A stretch of 64,000 nt of DNA, taken from positions 14,302 through 78,301 of the forward strand of contig DATAVJ010000172.1 in the NCBI GenBank assembly GCA_036267795.1, read 5' to 3'. The translations under genes were made by a program, and so were the position numbers. Shown here in pieces: positions 9,406 to 19,458 of the stretch (position 1 is its first letter; every line of letters begins with the position of its first letter). This DNA is from Rudaea sp. (GTDB lineage: Bacteria; Pseudomonadota; Gammaproteobacteria; Xanthomonadales; Rhodanobacteraceae). The notes under the pieces were generated by a model. That model was given only the letters and a program-made list of their open reading frames with translations. It was not told where the DNA came from and searched no databases.

Positions 9406-9753
9406 TCAGCAGCTATAGTGATAGCCGGGGTGATAGTAGCCGCGGCCGTCGTAGAAAGGACGCGCGTAGCAGCTGCCTGCGTAAACCGGCCGGCTGTAAT
9501 ACACCGGCGACGGATAGTAGTAACCCGGTGAATAACCGTAGTAGCCAGGATAATAGCCACCGTAATATCCGCCGTAGCCGACGTAGCCGTAACCGCGTCC
9601 ATGCCAGCCGCTGTTGTAGCCGACGCTGACGCCCGGCAATCCGATGCCGACGCTGACGTGACTGCGTGCGAACGCGGCAGGCGCCAGCAGCATACCGGCG
9701 GCTACGCACAGACCGATTGCCATCGAGCGAAAACCACGCATACGGGATTTCAT
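9406..9753 (-). CDS. Small secreted Gly/Tyr/Pro-rich protein
   Basis: Start MKSRM with GGAG SD; signal peptide ending APAAFA; VSVGIGLPG then GYYGGYYPGYY low-complexity region. Confidence 0.8.
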   Translation of the reverse strand: MKSRMRGFRSMAIGLCVAAGMLLAPAAFARSHVSVGIGLPGVSVGYNSGWHGRGYGYVGYGGYYGGYYPGYYGYSPGYYYPSPVYYSRPVYAGSCYARPFYDGRGYYHPGYHYSC

Positions 9754-9878
9754 GATTGACTCCAGTGTTAACGACCCTTTGGTCGCACGCACATAATGGT
9801 ACTTTTGTACTGAATATCGACTGAAATTTTTCGGCGTGTTGCCGCCGATTCAGCTCATTGTGTGAAGCGCTTCGCGCT

Positions 9879-12002
9879 TCATTCCCGACGCAGTTCCCAT
9901 ACGCGGTGGATACGCGGATTGCGCGTGAAATCGAATGGTATCGTCGACGCGGTTATCTCCTTGACAGCGAATTGCGACAATCCGGATTCGTCGAGCTTGA
10001 AACGGCGAAAGTTGTTCGAGAACACGATGACGCCATCCGGCAAAAGCCGTTCGCCGCAGAACTTCAGCAATCGCACGTGATCGCGCTGCACATCGAAATC
10101 TTCGGCGCGCTTGGAATTGGAGAATGTCGGCGGATCGACGAAGATCAAGTCGTACATCGCCGAATGTTGTTGGACATATTCGAGCGCATCGAATCTCACG
10201 AGACGATGTTGGCGGTCGTCGAGAAACCCGTTCAACGCGAGATTGCGCGATGCCCAATCGAGATAGGTCTGCGATAGATCGATGCTCGTGGTTTCGCTCG
10301 CACCGCCGGCGGCGGCGTACACGCTGACGCTGCCCGTATAGCAAAAAAGATTGAGGAACCGTTTGCCGCGGCTCATCGCGCGAATGCGCGCGCGCAACGG
10401 ACGGTGATCGAGAAACAAACCCGTGTCGAGATAATCCCAGAGATTCACCTCGAACGTGAGACCGCCCTCCTGCACTTCCATGAACTCATGCCGTTCGTCG
10501 AAGCGCCCGTACTTCTCGCCGCCTTTGCCGCGTCTGCGCGTTTTGACGGCGATGCGCTCGCGGGGGATTTCCAGCACCTCGCCCGCCGCGCGCGTGAGTT
10601 CGCGCAAGCGCGTGCGCGCGAGATTTTCGTCGACCGTCGACGGCGCCTGATATTCCTGTATGTGCAGGCTATCGCCATAAATATCGATCGCCGCAGCGTA
10701 TTCGGGAAGGTCCGCATCGTAAACGCGCCAGCATTCGATGCCTTCACGTTGCGCACGTTTGTGCAAATGACGGAAATTCTTGTCGATGCGGTTTTTCGCC
10801 ATCTCACCGCCGGCCGACAGCGGTTTTATCTTGCGCGTCTGCGTGCGCGGAGTCAGATCGAAATTGAACAACGTGCATTCGAGTGCGCCGTTGTAGAGGC
10901 GATGTTTTTTGTCGGCATGCAAACCGATGGCGCGTCCGAGCGCATCGTCCGACGTGATCACGCTGGCGCGCCAGCCGGGAAATTCCGCCTTGAGTTTTTC
11001 ACCTAGCAATCGATACAACGCGATAATGTTTTCGTCCGCATTCAACCGTTCGCCGTAGGGCGGATTGGAAATCACCAGACCCGGATGTTCGAGTTCATGC
11101 GGCCGATGCAAATGCTCGAGCGATTGCCGGCCGAAGTGAATGAATCCGGAAAGCTCGGCTTCCTGCGCGTTGCGCTTGGCCTCGTTGAGAACGGACGGAT
11201 CTTGATCGAATCCGAAAAATACCGATCGCAGTTGCTGCAAGCCCGACGAAGCGCGTACTTGCGCAGCGTCGTGCAACATTTTCCACAATGCCGCATCGTG
11301 GCTTTTCCAGCCGGCGAATCCGAAACGTTCGCGGCGTAATGCTGGCGCCACGTCGGCGGCCATCATGGCGGCTTCGATAAGCAACGTGCCGGAACCGCAC
11401 AGCGGATCGACGATGCCGCCGCCGGCCGCGTAAATCGCCGGCCAACCCGCGCGCAGCAGCATCGCGCAAGCGAGATTTTCTTTGAGCGGCGCAAGCCCCG
11501 TACCCATGCGGTATCCACGCTGATGCAGCGGTGCGCCGGAAAGATCGATGCTGACGATCGCTTTGCCTTTGCGCAGCGCGAGATTGATGCGCAGATCCGG
11601 CGTCTGTGTATCGACGTTCGGCCGTTCGCCGTTTTTGTCGCGCAACTGATCGACAATCGCATCTTTGACGCGGAACGCCGCATATTGAGAATGCGTAATG
11701 CCGGTCGTGCTGCCGACGGCGTCGATGGCGAACGTCGCGTCCGCCGGAAGGTGTTCGGTCCAATCGATCGCCTTTGCGCCCTCGTACAACTGATCGCCAT
11801 TTTCGACCGCAAATTCCGAAATGGGCATGAGAATGCGGCTTGCCAATCGCGACCACAAACACGCGCGATATCCGATCTCCAGTTCGCCGACAAAATAGAC
11901 GCCGGCTAACGCTTCGTGCACATCCGATGCGCCGAGCACTTTGAGTTCATCGACCAATAAATATTCGAGCCCTTTCGGACACGTCGCGAAAAAATCGCGC
12001 AT
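9879..12002 (-). CDS. rlmKL: Bifunctional 23S rRNA m2G2445/m7G2069 methyltransferase
   Basis: Start MRDFFATCPKGLE; THUMP region; DPLCGSGT, NPPYGERL, DTGLFLDHR, DPPTFSNSK. Confidence 0.97.
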   Translation of the reverse strand: MRDFFATCPKGLEYLLVDELKVLGASDVHEALAGVYFVGELEIGYRACLWSRLASRILMPISEFAVENGDQLYEGAKAIDWTEHLPADATFAIDAVGSTTGITHSQYAAFRVKDAIVDQLRDKNGERPNVDTQTPDLRINLALRKGKAIVSIDLSGAPLHQRGYRMGTGLAPLKENLACAMLLRAGWPAIYAAGGGIVDPLCGSGTLLIEAAMMAADVAPALRRERFGFAGWKSHDAALWKMLHDAAQVRASSGLQQLRSVFFGFDQDPSVLNEAKRNAQEAELSGFIHFGRQSLEHLHRPHELEHPGLVISNPPYGERLNADENIIALYRLLGEKLKAEFPGWRASVITSDDALGRAIGLHADKKHRLYNGALECTLFNFDLTPRTQTRKIKPLSAGGEMAKNRIDKNFRHLHKRAQREGIECWRVYDADLPEYAAAIDIYGDSLHIQEYQAPSTVDENLARTRLRELTRAAGEVLEIPRERIAVKTRRRGKGGEKYGRFDERHEFMEVQEGGLTFEVNLWDYLDTGLFLDHRPLRARIRAMSRGKRFLNLFCYTGSVSVYAAAGGASETTSIDLSQTYLDWASRNLALNGFLDDRQHRLVRFDALEYVQQHSAMYDLIFVDPPTFSNSKRAEDFDVQRDHVRLLKFCGERLLPDGVIVFSNNFRRFKLDESGLSQFAVKEITASTIPFDFTRNPRIHRVWELRRE

Positions 12003-12003
12003 G

Positions 12004-12531
12004 TCAGGCAAACCGCTCGAGGAACTGACCGAATACCTGCGCGATGAAATCGACATGCGCGCCGAGACGGTGATCGTCTTTGACCAGCGTGATCGCGTCG
12101 CCGCGGGAACGCGCAAACGCGATGGCGTCATTCACCGGGCAAAGTTCGTCGTCCCATCCGTGCACGAGTGCCGTGGGCACACGGCGTGCGCCAAACGGAC
12201 GCGCATAACCCGAAATCGCAACCGGCAGTGCGATCAGAAACAAACCGACGCAGTTCATGTCTTGCGACGCCAGTGCGGACGTGAACGCACCCATGCTCGA
12301 TCCCGCAAGAACGACCGGCACGCCCGGTTCGCATTGCTGCTTGACGCGTGCGATGCGCTCGTCGATGCGCCGCACGTCGCGCGTCGCATCCAGATCTCGA
12401 TAGTCGGGACGCACGCTGCGAAAGCCGAGCGGCTCGGCGATTTTCGCGAGCGCACTGACTTTGGTTGCATCCGGTCCGCTTTCAAAACCGTGCGAAAGAA
12501 TCAAAAAAGGTTTTTCGATATCGGGTTTCAT
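12004..12531 (-). CDS. Small alpha/beta hydrolase
   Basis: SHGFESGP, nucleophile elbow GSSMG, VHGWDDE, DDHRL. Confidence 0.85.
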   Translation of the reverse strand: MKPDIEKPFLILSHGFESGPDATKVSALAKIAEPLGFRSVRPDYRDLDATRDVRRIDERIARVKQQCEPGVPVVLAGSSMGAFTSALASQDMNCVGLFLIALPVAISGYARPFGARRVPTALVHGWDDELCPVNDAIAFARSRGDAITLVKDDHRLGAHVDFIAQVFGQFLERFA

Positions 12532-12586
12532 GGACAAATTATCGCACGCCGTTGGCAGCTCCCGAATGCGCATGCGACACTGAGCC

Positions 12587-13159
12587 ATGCCGATGGACCT
12601 CGCCCTTCACGATTGGCCGCTGCCGTACGAATCGCGGCTGGATCATCGCGACACACGTACGATCGATCTCGTCGTCATCCATTGCACGGAACTCCCCGAC
12701 ATGAAAATGACGCGCGAATTCGGCGAGCGCGTTCGCTATCCGGCCAAGGGCACGGGCAACAGCGGCCACTACTACATCGATACCGACGGGACGACGTACA
12801 AATTCGTCGGTCCCGAGCGCATCGCCAATCACACGTACGGATGGAACACGCGCTCGATCGGCATCGAGATATCCAACGTCGGCCGCTATCCGAACTGGGG
12901 CGACAGCAAGCATCAGCAATTCACCGCGCCGTACACAAAATCGCAGATCGATGCGCTACTCGCGTTGTTGCGGCAACTTAAGAACGATTTGCCGAACCTG
13001 AAGTTCATCGCCGGCCATGAAGATCTGGACCGCCGGCTCGAACCGGCCAGCGACGATCCGGCGATCATGCTTCCCCGCCGCCAGGATCCCGGGCCGCTAT
13101 TTCCGTGGAACGACGTGGTTCCGGCAAGCGGACTCGAACGCCTCGTTCCGCCGAGGTAA
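12587..13159 (+). CDS. N-acetylmuramoyl-L-alanine amidase (Amidase_2, AmpD-like)
   Basis: VVIHCTE, SGHYYI, SIGIE, GHEDL, DPGPLFPW zinc-amidase motifs. Confidence 0.9.
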   Translation: MPMDLALHDWPLPYESRLDHRDTRTIDLVVIHCTELPDMKMTREFGERVRYPAKGTGNSGHYYIDTDGTTYKFVGPERIANHTYGWNTRSIGIEISNVGRYPNWGDSKHQQFTAPYTKSQIDALLALLRQLKNDLPNLKFIAGHEDLDRRLEPASDDPAIMLPRRQDPGPLFPWNDVVPASGLERLVPPR

Positions 13160-13208
13160 TCGCGGTGCGCGCGCGGCTATAATTCCGGCAGTCGTTGCGG
13201 AGATTCTT

Positions 13209-14108
13209 GTGTCCAGTCCCATTGTCGGCGAATTGATCGATCTTTTGTCGCTCGAGCGCATCGAGGAAAACTTGTTCCGTGGCCAAAGCCGCGACATCGG
13301 CACGCGATTCGTGTTCGGCGGACAAGTGCTCGGCCAAGCACTTTCGGCGGCGCAGCGCACCGTCGATGCGGAACGTTCGGTGCATTCGCTGCACGCGTAT
13401 TTCCTGCGCGCAGGCGATGTGGAATCGCCGATCGTCTACGATGTGGATCGTGCTCGCGACGGAAGAAGTTTTTCCGTGCGCCGCGTGGTGGCGATTCAGC
13501 ATGGTCAACCCATTTTCAATTTCTCGGCATCGTTCCAGGTAAGCGAACCGGGCGTCGAACATCAAATGCCGATGCCGGACGTTCCCGCGCCGGATGATTT
13601 GCCGTCACCGCAAGACATTGCGCCGGAAGAACTCGCGAAGCTGCCAGTGAAATTGCAGCGCTGGCTCGCACGGCGCGGCGCATTCGAATTCCGCTACGTC
13701 ACGCCGCGCAATGAATTGAAACCGGAGAAGCGTCCGCCATATCAGCAAATCTGGTTTCGCCTGATCGACCGCGCGCCGGACGACGCCACGCTGCATCGCG
13801 CGATGCTCGCCTACGCGTCGGATTTTCATCTGATTGGAACGGCCACCTTGCCGCACGGCATTTCGTATCTGCAGCAAAACGTGCAGATGGCGAGCCTCGA
13901 TCATGCGTTGTGGTTTCATCGCCCGTTCCGCGTCGACGAATGGCTGCTGTATTCCTGCGACAGTCCGACGACGCAGGGTGCGCGCGGCCTCACGCGCGGT
14001 ATGATCTTCAGCCGCGACGGCCGTCTCGTCGCGTCGACGGCGCAGGAGGGTATGATCCGAATCTTGCCGGAGACCCTATCTTCGCAAGCATCGAGCGGTG
14101 CGTCGTGA
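13209..14108 (+). CDS. tesB: Acyl-CoA thioesterase II
   Basis: VFGGQVLGQAL, HSLHAYFLRAGD, YASDF, ASLDHALWFHRP, STAQEG; GTG start at 13209; TATAAT at 13178-13183. Confidence 0.95.
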   Translation: MSSPIVGELIDLLSLERIEENLFRGQSRDIGTRFVFGGQVLGQALSAAQRTVDAERSVHSLHAYFLRAGDVESPIVYDVDRARDGRSFSVRRVVAIQHGQPIFNFSASFQVSEPGVEHQMPMPDVPAPDDLPSPQDIAPEELAKLPVKLQRWLARRGAFEFRYVTPRNELKPEKRPPYQQIWFRLIDRAPDDATLHRAMLAYASDFHLIGTATLPHGISYLQQNVQMASLDHALWFHRPFRVDEWLLYSCDSPTTQGARGLTRGMIFSRDGRLVASTAQEGMIRILPETLSSQASSGAS

Positions 14109-14485
14109 GACAAATTTATACTTCTCCACGTGTGGAAAATGTCGAACGCATCGTCGCACTGCTCGGCGAATCGGGCATCGAAACGCGCGTGACGAATCAT
14201 CGCAGCTGGGCCGGCCGAGATTACCGGCGGTCCAGCTACAGCGCGCGAACCGATTCCAGCGAATGGCCGCAAGTGTGGGTGGTGAAGGCCGAAGACCAGC
14301 CGCGCGCGCGCGCGCTCCTGCGCGAGGCCGGCATCGCGCCCGCCGTCAGATTCGCAGACGAACTGGCGCGCTCGCGCGAACCGCGCTCGGAAAGCCGCCG
14401 TGCGTCGCTGGGCATGTATATTCGGCTGGGATTGCTGGGAATCATCGTGCTGCTCGTCGTACTGCACGTCCTCAACGTGTTCTGA
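14105..14485 (+). CDS. Small protein with C-terminal membrane anchor (DUF2007-like N-terminus)
   Basis: GTGA overlap with tesB stop; RQIYTSPRVENVERIVALL..GIE, WPQVWVV, C-terminal TM. Confidence 0.7.
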   Translation: MRQIYTSPRVENVERIVALLGESGIETRVTNHRSWAGRDYRRSSYSARTDSSEWPQVWVVKAEDQPRARALLREAGIAPAVRFADELARSREPRSESRRASLGMYIRLGLLGIIVLLVVLHVLNVF

Positions 14486-14520
14486 TTTGCGAACATGCGC
14501 AGACGCGCTAGACTCAATCC

Positions 14521-15234
14521 ATGAGGTCCGAGCTCGTCAGGCTGTTTCAGACGTTGCCGCACCCGTGCGGCTACTACGCCGATCGCACCGCGCAAAACCT
14601 GGTGATCGATCCGGCTTGCGAGCATTTGCCGCAAATCTACAACGCCGCATTGACGAAAGGTTTTCGCCGCGCCGGCGGCCATGTGTACCGTCCGCACTGC
14701 GGGCCTTGCCGCGCCTGCGTCGCCGCGCGCGTGCCGGTGAGCGATTTCCGTCCCGACCGCAGCCAGCGCCGCTGCCTGAAACGGAATGCGGATCTTGATG
14801 TCCGCATGGCGCGCGCCGAATACAACGATGAGTATTTCGAACTGTATCGCCGCTATCTGGATATTCGTCATCACGGCGGCGGCATGGACGATCCCGACAT
14901 CGAAGACTTCGGACGGTTTCTGTACACAGCATGGAGCCCGACCTATTTCATCGAAATGCGTCTGCACGAACGCTTGCTCGGCGTGGCCGTCACCGACTTC
15001 GCGCCGACCGGATTGTCGGCCGTGTATACTTTTTACGATCCGGCCGAAGCCGCGCGGGGCCTCGGCACTTTCGCGATCCTCAAGCAGATCGAAATCGCGG
15101 TCGCGCGGAATGTTCCGCACGTCTATCTTGGATTCTGGATCGACGCGCATCCCAAGATGGACTACAAGACACGCTTTCAACCGCTCGAATTGCTCGGCCC
15201 GGACGGATGGGCGCCGATGCGATCGCGCTCCTAG
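14521..15234 (+). CDS. ate: Bacterial ATE1-like aminoacyl-tRNA-protein transferase (arginyltransferase/Bpt family)
   Basis: [48 protein letters not shown]...KM.YK..F.P.E. Confidence 0.92.
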   Translation: MRSELVRLFQTLPHPCGYYADRTAQNLVIDPACEHLPQIYNAALTKGFRRAGGHVYRPHCGPCRACVAARVPVSDFRPDRSQRRCLKRNADLDVRMARAEYNDEYFELYRRYLDIRHHGGGMDDPDIEDFGRFLYTAWSPTYFIEMRLHERLLGVAVTDFAPTGLSAVYTFYDPAEAARGLGTFAILKQIEIAVARNVPHVYLGFWIDAHPKMDYKTRFQPLELLGPDGWAPMRSRS

Positions 15235-16412
15235 AGTTCCACGCGCAACTTCGCCGCGCTGTCACACGCTTTTTTTCTTGCGTCCTCGATCGTCGCGCCG
15301 CGCGCCAGCGTCACCGCCACGCGCCGTTTGCCTTTGACCTCGGGTTTGCCGAACAGCCGCAACATCGTATCCGGTTGCGAAAGCGCTTCTGCGACACCGT
15401 GATAGCGCGGGCGATTCCCCGACCCCTCTGCCAGGACGGCACACGATGCGCTCGGGCCAAGCTGCCGGATTTCCGGAATCGGCAGATCGAGAATCGCGCG
15501 AACGTGCAAGGCGAATTCGGAAAGGTCCTGCGAGATCAGCGTCACCAGACCCGTGTCGTGCGGACGCGGACTGACTTCGGAAAAAATCACGTCCTCGCCG
15601 CGCACGAAAAATTCCACGCCGAACAATCCCATCCCACCGAGCGCGTCAGTGATCGATCGCGCGATGTCCTGCGCACGTTTCAGTGCCTTTTCGGACATCG
15701 CTTGCGGTTGCCACGATTCGCGATAATCGCCATCGATTTGCAAATGCCCGATGGGTGCGCAGAAACTCGTGCCGCCGCAATGCCGCACGGTTAGCAACGT
15801 GATTTCGTAATCGAAGGCGACAAAACCCTCGACGATCACGCGACCTTTGCCCGCGCGACCGCCTTGCTGCGCGTAGGTCCATGCGTGATCGATATCCGCC
15901 TTCGATTTGATCGTGCTCTGACCTTTTCCCGATGAACTCATCACCGGCTTCACCACACATGGAATGCCGGCCGCTTCGATCGCGGCTTCGAATTCCTCTT
16001 TCGTATCGCAAAAACGGTACGGCGATGTCGGCAGCTTCAAATCTTCCGCGGCGAGTCTGCGAATACCCTCGCGATCCATCGTCAATCGCGCCGCGCGGGC
16101 GGTCGGCACGACGTGCAAACCTTCCTTTTCCAGTTCGATCAGCGTGGGCGTGTGGATTGCTTCGATCTCCGGCACGACGAGATCGGGTTTCTCCATTTCG
16201 ATCAGTCGCCGCAACGCGCCGCCATCGAGCATGTCGATCACGTGACAGCGATGCGCCACCTGCATCGCCGGCGCGTTGGCATAACGGTCGACGGCGATCA
16301 CCTCCACCGCGAACCGTTGCGCTTCGATCGCCACCTCCTTGCCCAGTTCGCCGGAGCCGAGCAGCATCAGGCGAATCGCGGTGTCGGTGTGCGGCGTGCC
16401 GAATGGCTTCAT
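15231..16412 (-). CDS. purT: Formate-dependent phosphoribosylglycinamide formyltransferase
   Basis: [40 protein letters not shown]. Confidence 0.98.
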   Translation of the reverse strand: MKPFGTPHTDTAIRLMLLGSGELGKEVAIEAQRFAVEVIAVDRYANAPAMQVAHRCHVIDMLDGGALRRLIEMEKPDLVVPEIEAIHTPTLIELEKEGLHVVPTARAARLTMDREGIRRLAAEDLKLPTSPYRFCDTKEEFEAAIEAAGIPCVVKPVMSSSGKGQSTIKSKADIDHAWTYAQQGGRAGKGRVIVEGFVAFDYEITLLTVRHCGGTSFCAPIGHLQIDGDYRESWQPQAMSEKALKRAQDIARSITDALGGMGLFGVEFFVRGEDVIFSEVSPRPHDTGLVTLISQDLSEFALHVRAILDLPIPEIRQLGPSASCAVLAEGSGNRPRYHGVAEALSQPDTMLRLFGKPEVKGKRRVAVTLARGATIEDARKKACDSAAKLRVEL

Positions 16413-16508
16413 CGAATTTCCCCATTACAACAAGGCAGAGATTGTACTTGAGCGCCTTGCAGCCTCATCGGCTATCCTTGCGATATGTCTGAGAATTCGA
16501 GTTCTACT

Positions 16509-17966
16509 ATGCGCCTTTTACTGATTCTCGCGTTGCTGACCGCCAACGCCGCCGCTGTCGCCGCACCGTCCGACGATACGTGGATGACCGTGCTGCTCGA
16601 CGGCCGCAAGATTGGAAACATGCACCTGACGCGGCGCGTGCAGGACGATCACGTCATCACCATGCAAGTGCTTTCGATCGAACTCGTACGTACCGGCATC
16701 AAAGTCGGATTGGCGAGCAGCGAGACGGACACCGAAACGCGCGACGGCAAGCCGATCGGTTTCGAATCGCGCAGTTCCATTTCCGGCATCGAAAACGTGA
16801 TCACCGGACACGTGCGCGACGACGGCACGTGCGAAGTGACGACGAACATCGGCGGCAATCCTCAAACCCGCTCGATTGCGTGGCCGAAAGGCGCATTGCT
16901 CGCGGAAGGATTGCGGCTTGCGGAAGCCAAAACGTCGCTCAAACCCGGCGGACATTTCACTGAACTGGCGTTTCAGGCCGAAAGTCTCGATGCCGTCGAA
17001 GTGGCGACGACGATAGACACCAGCGAACGCATCGATCTTCCGGACGGCGCGCGCAAACTCGTGCGCATCGAGCAGCTGATAGAACTTCCGGGCGCGCCGA
17101 CGAAGAGTGTCGCCTGGGTCAACGACGACCAAGATATTCAGAAGATGAGGATGTCCGTCATGGGCTACGAGCTGACGATGCTCGCCTGTTCGAAATCGTG
17201 CGCGCAGGCGCCGAATCAGTCGTCGGACATCCTCACGCATGCGCTGGCACCGGCACCCTCGGTGCTCACGCCCGACGATTTGCGCCGCGGCGTGATCATC
17301 CGCATGAGTTCGACCGAAGCCGATGCGCCGCTGTCGTTCGCCGCGACGGACGAACAGCGCGTAACCAAATCGGGAAACGGCGCCGAACTTCGCATTGCAC
17401 CGATATCGGCGGACACAAACAACGACAGCGAAGGCGCGCCGCAACCGGCGGATTCCAAACCGAACGACTGGCTGCAGAGCGACGCGCCGGAAGTACGCAA
17501 GCTCGCACAACAGGGTGCCGGCGACGCAAAAGATCCGCTCGCGCAAATGCAGAACCTGGAAAGTTTCGTGCGCGGCTTCATCCGCGACAAGAACCTGAGC
17601 GTCGGATATGCATCGGCACTTGAAGTAGCGAAAAATCCGGAAGGCGACTGCACCGAACACGCCGTGCTGCTTGCGGCGCTCGGCCGCTCGCTCGGCATAC
17701 CGACACGTGTCGTCGACGGCCTCGCGTACACCAACCACTACGCCGGCGTTGATCACGTTTTCGTGCCGCACGCCTGGGCGCAGGCCTGGGTAGGCGGCAA
17801 ATGGCAAAGCTTCGACGCCGCGTTGCTCGGATTCGATGCAGGTCATATCGCACTATCCGTCGGCGATGGCGACCCGTGGCGTTTCTTTGCGGGACTGGAA
17901 ACGCTGGGACGAATGAAAGTCGATTCGATAGCGCCGCTTCAGCCAAATCCGCAAAAGTCCAACTAG
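16509..17966 (+). CDS. Exported transglutaminase-like domain protein
   Basis: Signal peptide; GDCTEHAVLL..LGR.LGIP.R, HAW.QAW, FDA giving a Cys-His-Asp triad. Confidence 0.85.
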   Translation: MRLLLILALLTANAAAVAAPSDDTWMTVLLDGRKIGNMHLTRRVQDDHVITMQVLSIELVRTGIKVGLASSETDTETRDGKPIGFESRSSISGIENVITGHVRDDGTCEVTTNIGGNPQTRSIAWPKGALLAEGLRLAEAKTSLKPGGHFTELAFQAESLDAVEVATTIDTSERIDLPDGARKLVRIEQLIELPGAPTKSVAWVNDDQDIQKMRMSVMGYELTMLACSKSCAQAPNQSSDILTHALAPAPSVLTPDDLRRGVIIRMSSTEADAPLSFAATDEQRVTKSGNGAELRIAPISADTNNDSEGAPQPADSKPNDWLQSDAPEVRKLAQQGAGDAKDPLAQMQNLESFVRGFIRDKNLSVGYASALEVAKNPEGDCTEHAVLLAALGRSLGIPTRVVDGLAYTNHYAGVDHVFVPHAWAQAWVGGKWQSFDAALLGFDAGHIALSVGDGDPWRFFAGLETLGRMKVDSIAPLQPNPQKSN

Positions 17967-17999
17967 CGAAAATCTTTCGCCCGTTCTTTTTCTCTCAAT

Positions 18000-18168
18000 C
18001 GAATCCTCCGTGACGCCAACGGCGCACAGGAAGTGCGCCGTTCGACGCAGGCACAGGGACGTGGCTTCGGCGAACACACCATACGTGAAGAACAAACGTG
18101 CTTTCTTTGGTTACTTTCTTTGCACGCAGCAAAGAAAGTGACTCGCTCGCCGCAGGCGAGTGAAAGCT
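18000..18168 (+). repeat. 169-bp multi-hairpin interspersed repeat, copy 1
   Basis: About 151/169 identical to 20747-20915 by manual alignment; hairpins acggcgcac/gtgcgccgt, actttctttgc/gcaaagaaagt, ctcgcc/ggcgag. Confidence 0.95.
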
Positions 18169-18237
18169 TTGGGCTCTTGAAGAACACATAGAGCAGTGAA
18201 CGCTCATTACGGATACGTTGCGAAAGACCACGCGCTT

Positions 18238-18280
18238 CCCTCACCCCAACCCTCTCCCCCGCCAGCGGGGGGAGGGGGGC
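18238..18280. repeat. REP-like C-rich/G-rich hairpin (ccctcaccccaaccctctccc type)
   Basis: ccctctcccccgc-cagc-ggggggaggggg inverted repeat; resembles a widespread proteobacterial intergenic palindrome (recollection). Confidence 0.65.
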
Positions 18281-18287
18281 AAGAGCG

Positions 18288-18314
18288 CTGGACTCCGGCT
18301 TTCGCCGGAATGAC
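18288..18314. repeat. 27-bp REP-like palindrome, copy 1
   Basis: ctggactccggctttcgccggaatgac; 26/27 identical to 20953-20979. Confidence 0.9.
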
Positions 18315-18348
18315 GACTTTGGGGCACGAGCCGAATCGCTTTACAAAA

Positions 18349-18377
18349 GCGATATCACTATGATATCAATATATCGC
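18349..18377. promoter_or_regulatory. Candidate operator of the SPFH-Arc operon
   Basis: Perfect inverted repeat GATATCA-cta-TGATATC (18351-18367) nested in GCGATAT...ATATCGC; TTTACA at 18340-18345. Confidence 0.55.
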
Positions 18378-18404
18378 ATCACCAAACCCCGCGTGGAGAA
18401 TCCA

Positions 18405-19274
18405 ATGAACGAACGCCTGTATTCCGCCCCTTCCGGCATCCCGGCCCTGATCACGTTGATCGTGCTGTTGCTGGCCGACGCCGCATGGTTCGTCAATTCC
18501 ATTCAGCAGCGCACAGTGTGGGCGATCATCGTCGCCGTCATCGTGTTCGTCTCGATACTCATCGCGTTGGGCGGATTCTTCACGGTCGCGCCGAACGAAG
18601 GCAAAGTGCTGCAGTTCTTCGGCCGCTACGTCGGCACCGTGCGCGAAGCCGGTCCGCGCTGGACGAATCCTTTCTACAGCAAACGCGGCGTATCGCTGCG
18701 CGTGCGCAATTTCGAATCGAGCAAGCTCAAGGTGAACGATCTCGACGGCAATCCCATCGAGATTGCCGCCGTCGTCGTGTGGCAAGTCGTCGACACGGCC
18801 GAAGCGTTGTTCCAGGTAAACGACTACGAAGATTTCGTGCACATCCAGAGTGAATCCGCACTTCGCCAGATGGCGCAGAGTTATCCCTACGATTCGCACG
18901 ACACGGGCGGCATTTCGCTGCGCAGTCACGGCAAGGAAATCTCCGATCATCTGCAAGGGGGAATCCAGGAACGCCTCGCCAGCGCCGGCGTGAAAGTGGT
19001 CGAAGCGCGCATCACGCATCTGGCGTTCGCGCCGGAAATTGCGCAAGCGATGCTGCAACGCCAACAGGCGAGCGCAATCATCGCCGCACGCACGCGCATC
19101 GTGGAAGGTGCCGTGACGATGGTCGAGATGGCGCTGGAGCAACTGGCCGCACGCAACGTCGTCAATCTCGACGAAGAGCGCAAGGCGGCGATGGTGTCGA
19201 ATCTGCTCGTGGTGTTGTGCGGCGAACGCGGCACGCAGCCGATCGTCAACACCGGAACGTTGTACACGGGCTGA
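18405..19274 (+). CDS. SPFH/Band 7 domain membrane protein
   Basis: Two N-terminal TMs; [49 protein letters not shown]; GGAG SD before MNERL. Confidence 0.95.
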   Translation: MNERLYSAPSGIPALITLIVLLLADAAWFVNSIQQRTVWAIIVAVIVFVSILIALGGFFTVAPNEGKVLQFFGRYVGTVREAGPRWTNPFYSKRGVSLRVRNFESSKLKVNDLDGNPIEIAAVVVWQVVDTAEALFQVNDYEDFVHIQSESALRQMAQSYPYDSHDTGGISLRSHGKEISDHLQGGIQERLASAGVKVVEARITHLAFAPEIAQAMLQRQQASAIIAARTRIVEGAVTMVEMALEQLAARNVVNLDEERKAAMVSNLLVVLCGERGTQPIVNTGTLYTG

Positions 19275-19275
19275 G

Positions 19276-19458
19276 ATGGCTTCCGAGAAAAAAGGCTACC
19301 CGCTGCGCATCAGCGCCGACGTGCTCGACGCCGTGCAGCGCTGGGCCGATGACGAACTGCGCAGCGTCAATGCGCAGATCGAGTACGTGATGCGCGATGC
19401 GCTGCGCAAAGCGGGACGAATCAAAGAACCGAAGACCATCGACAAGGCACGCAAATGA
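19276..19458 (+). CDS. Arc-family ribbon-helix-helix DNA-binding protein
   Basis: [29 protein letters not shown]. Confidence 0.92.
   Translation: MASEKKGYPLRISADVLDAVQRWADDELRSVNAQIEYVMRDALRKAGRIKEPKTIDKARK

Noticed and set aside
14521-15234. ATE1-like gene as a eukaryotic horizontal transfer
   Set aside because: Bacterial ATE/Bpt homologs are common in Proteobacteria; composition matches its neighbours.
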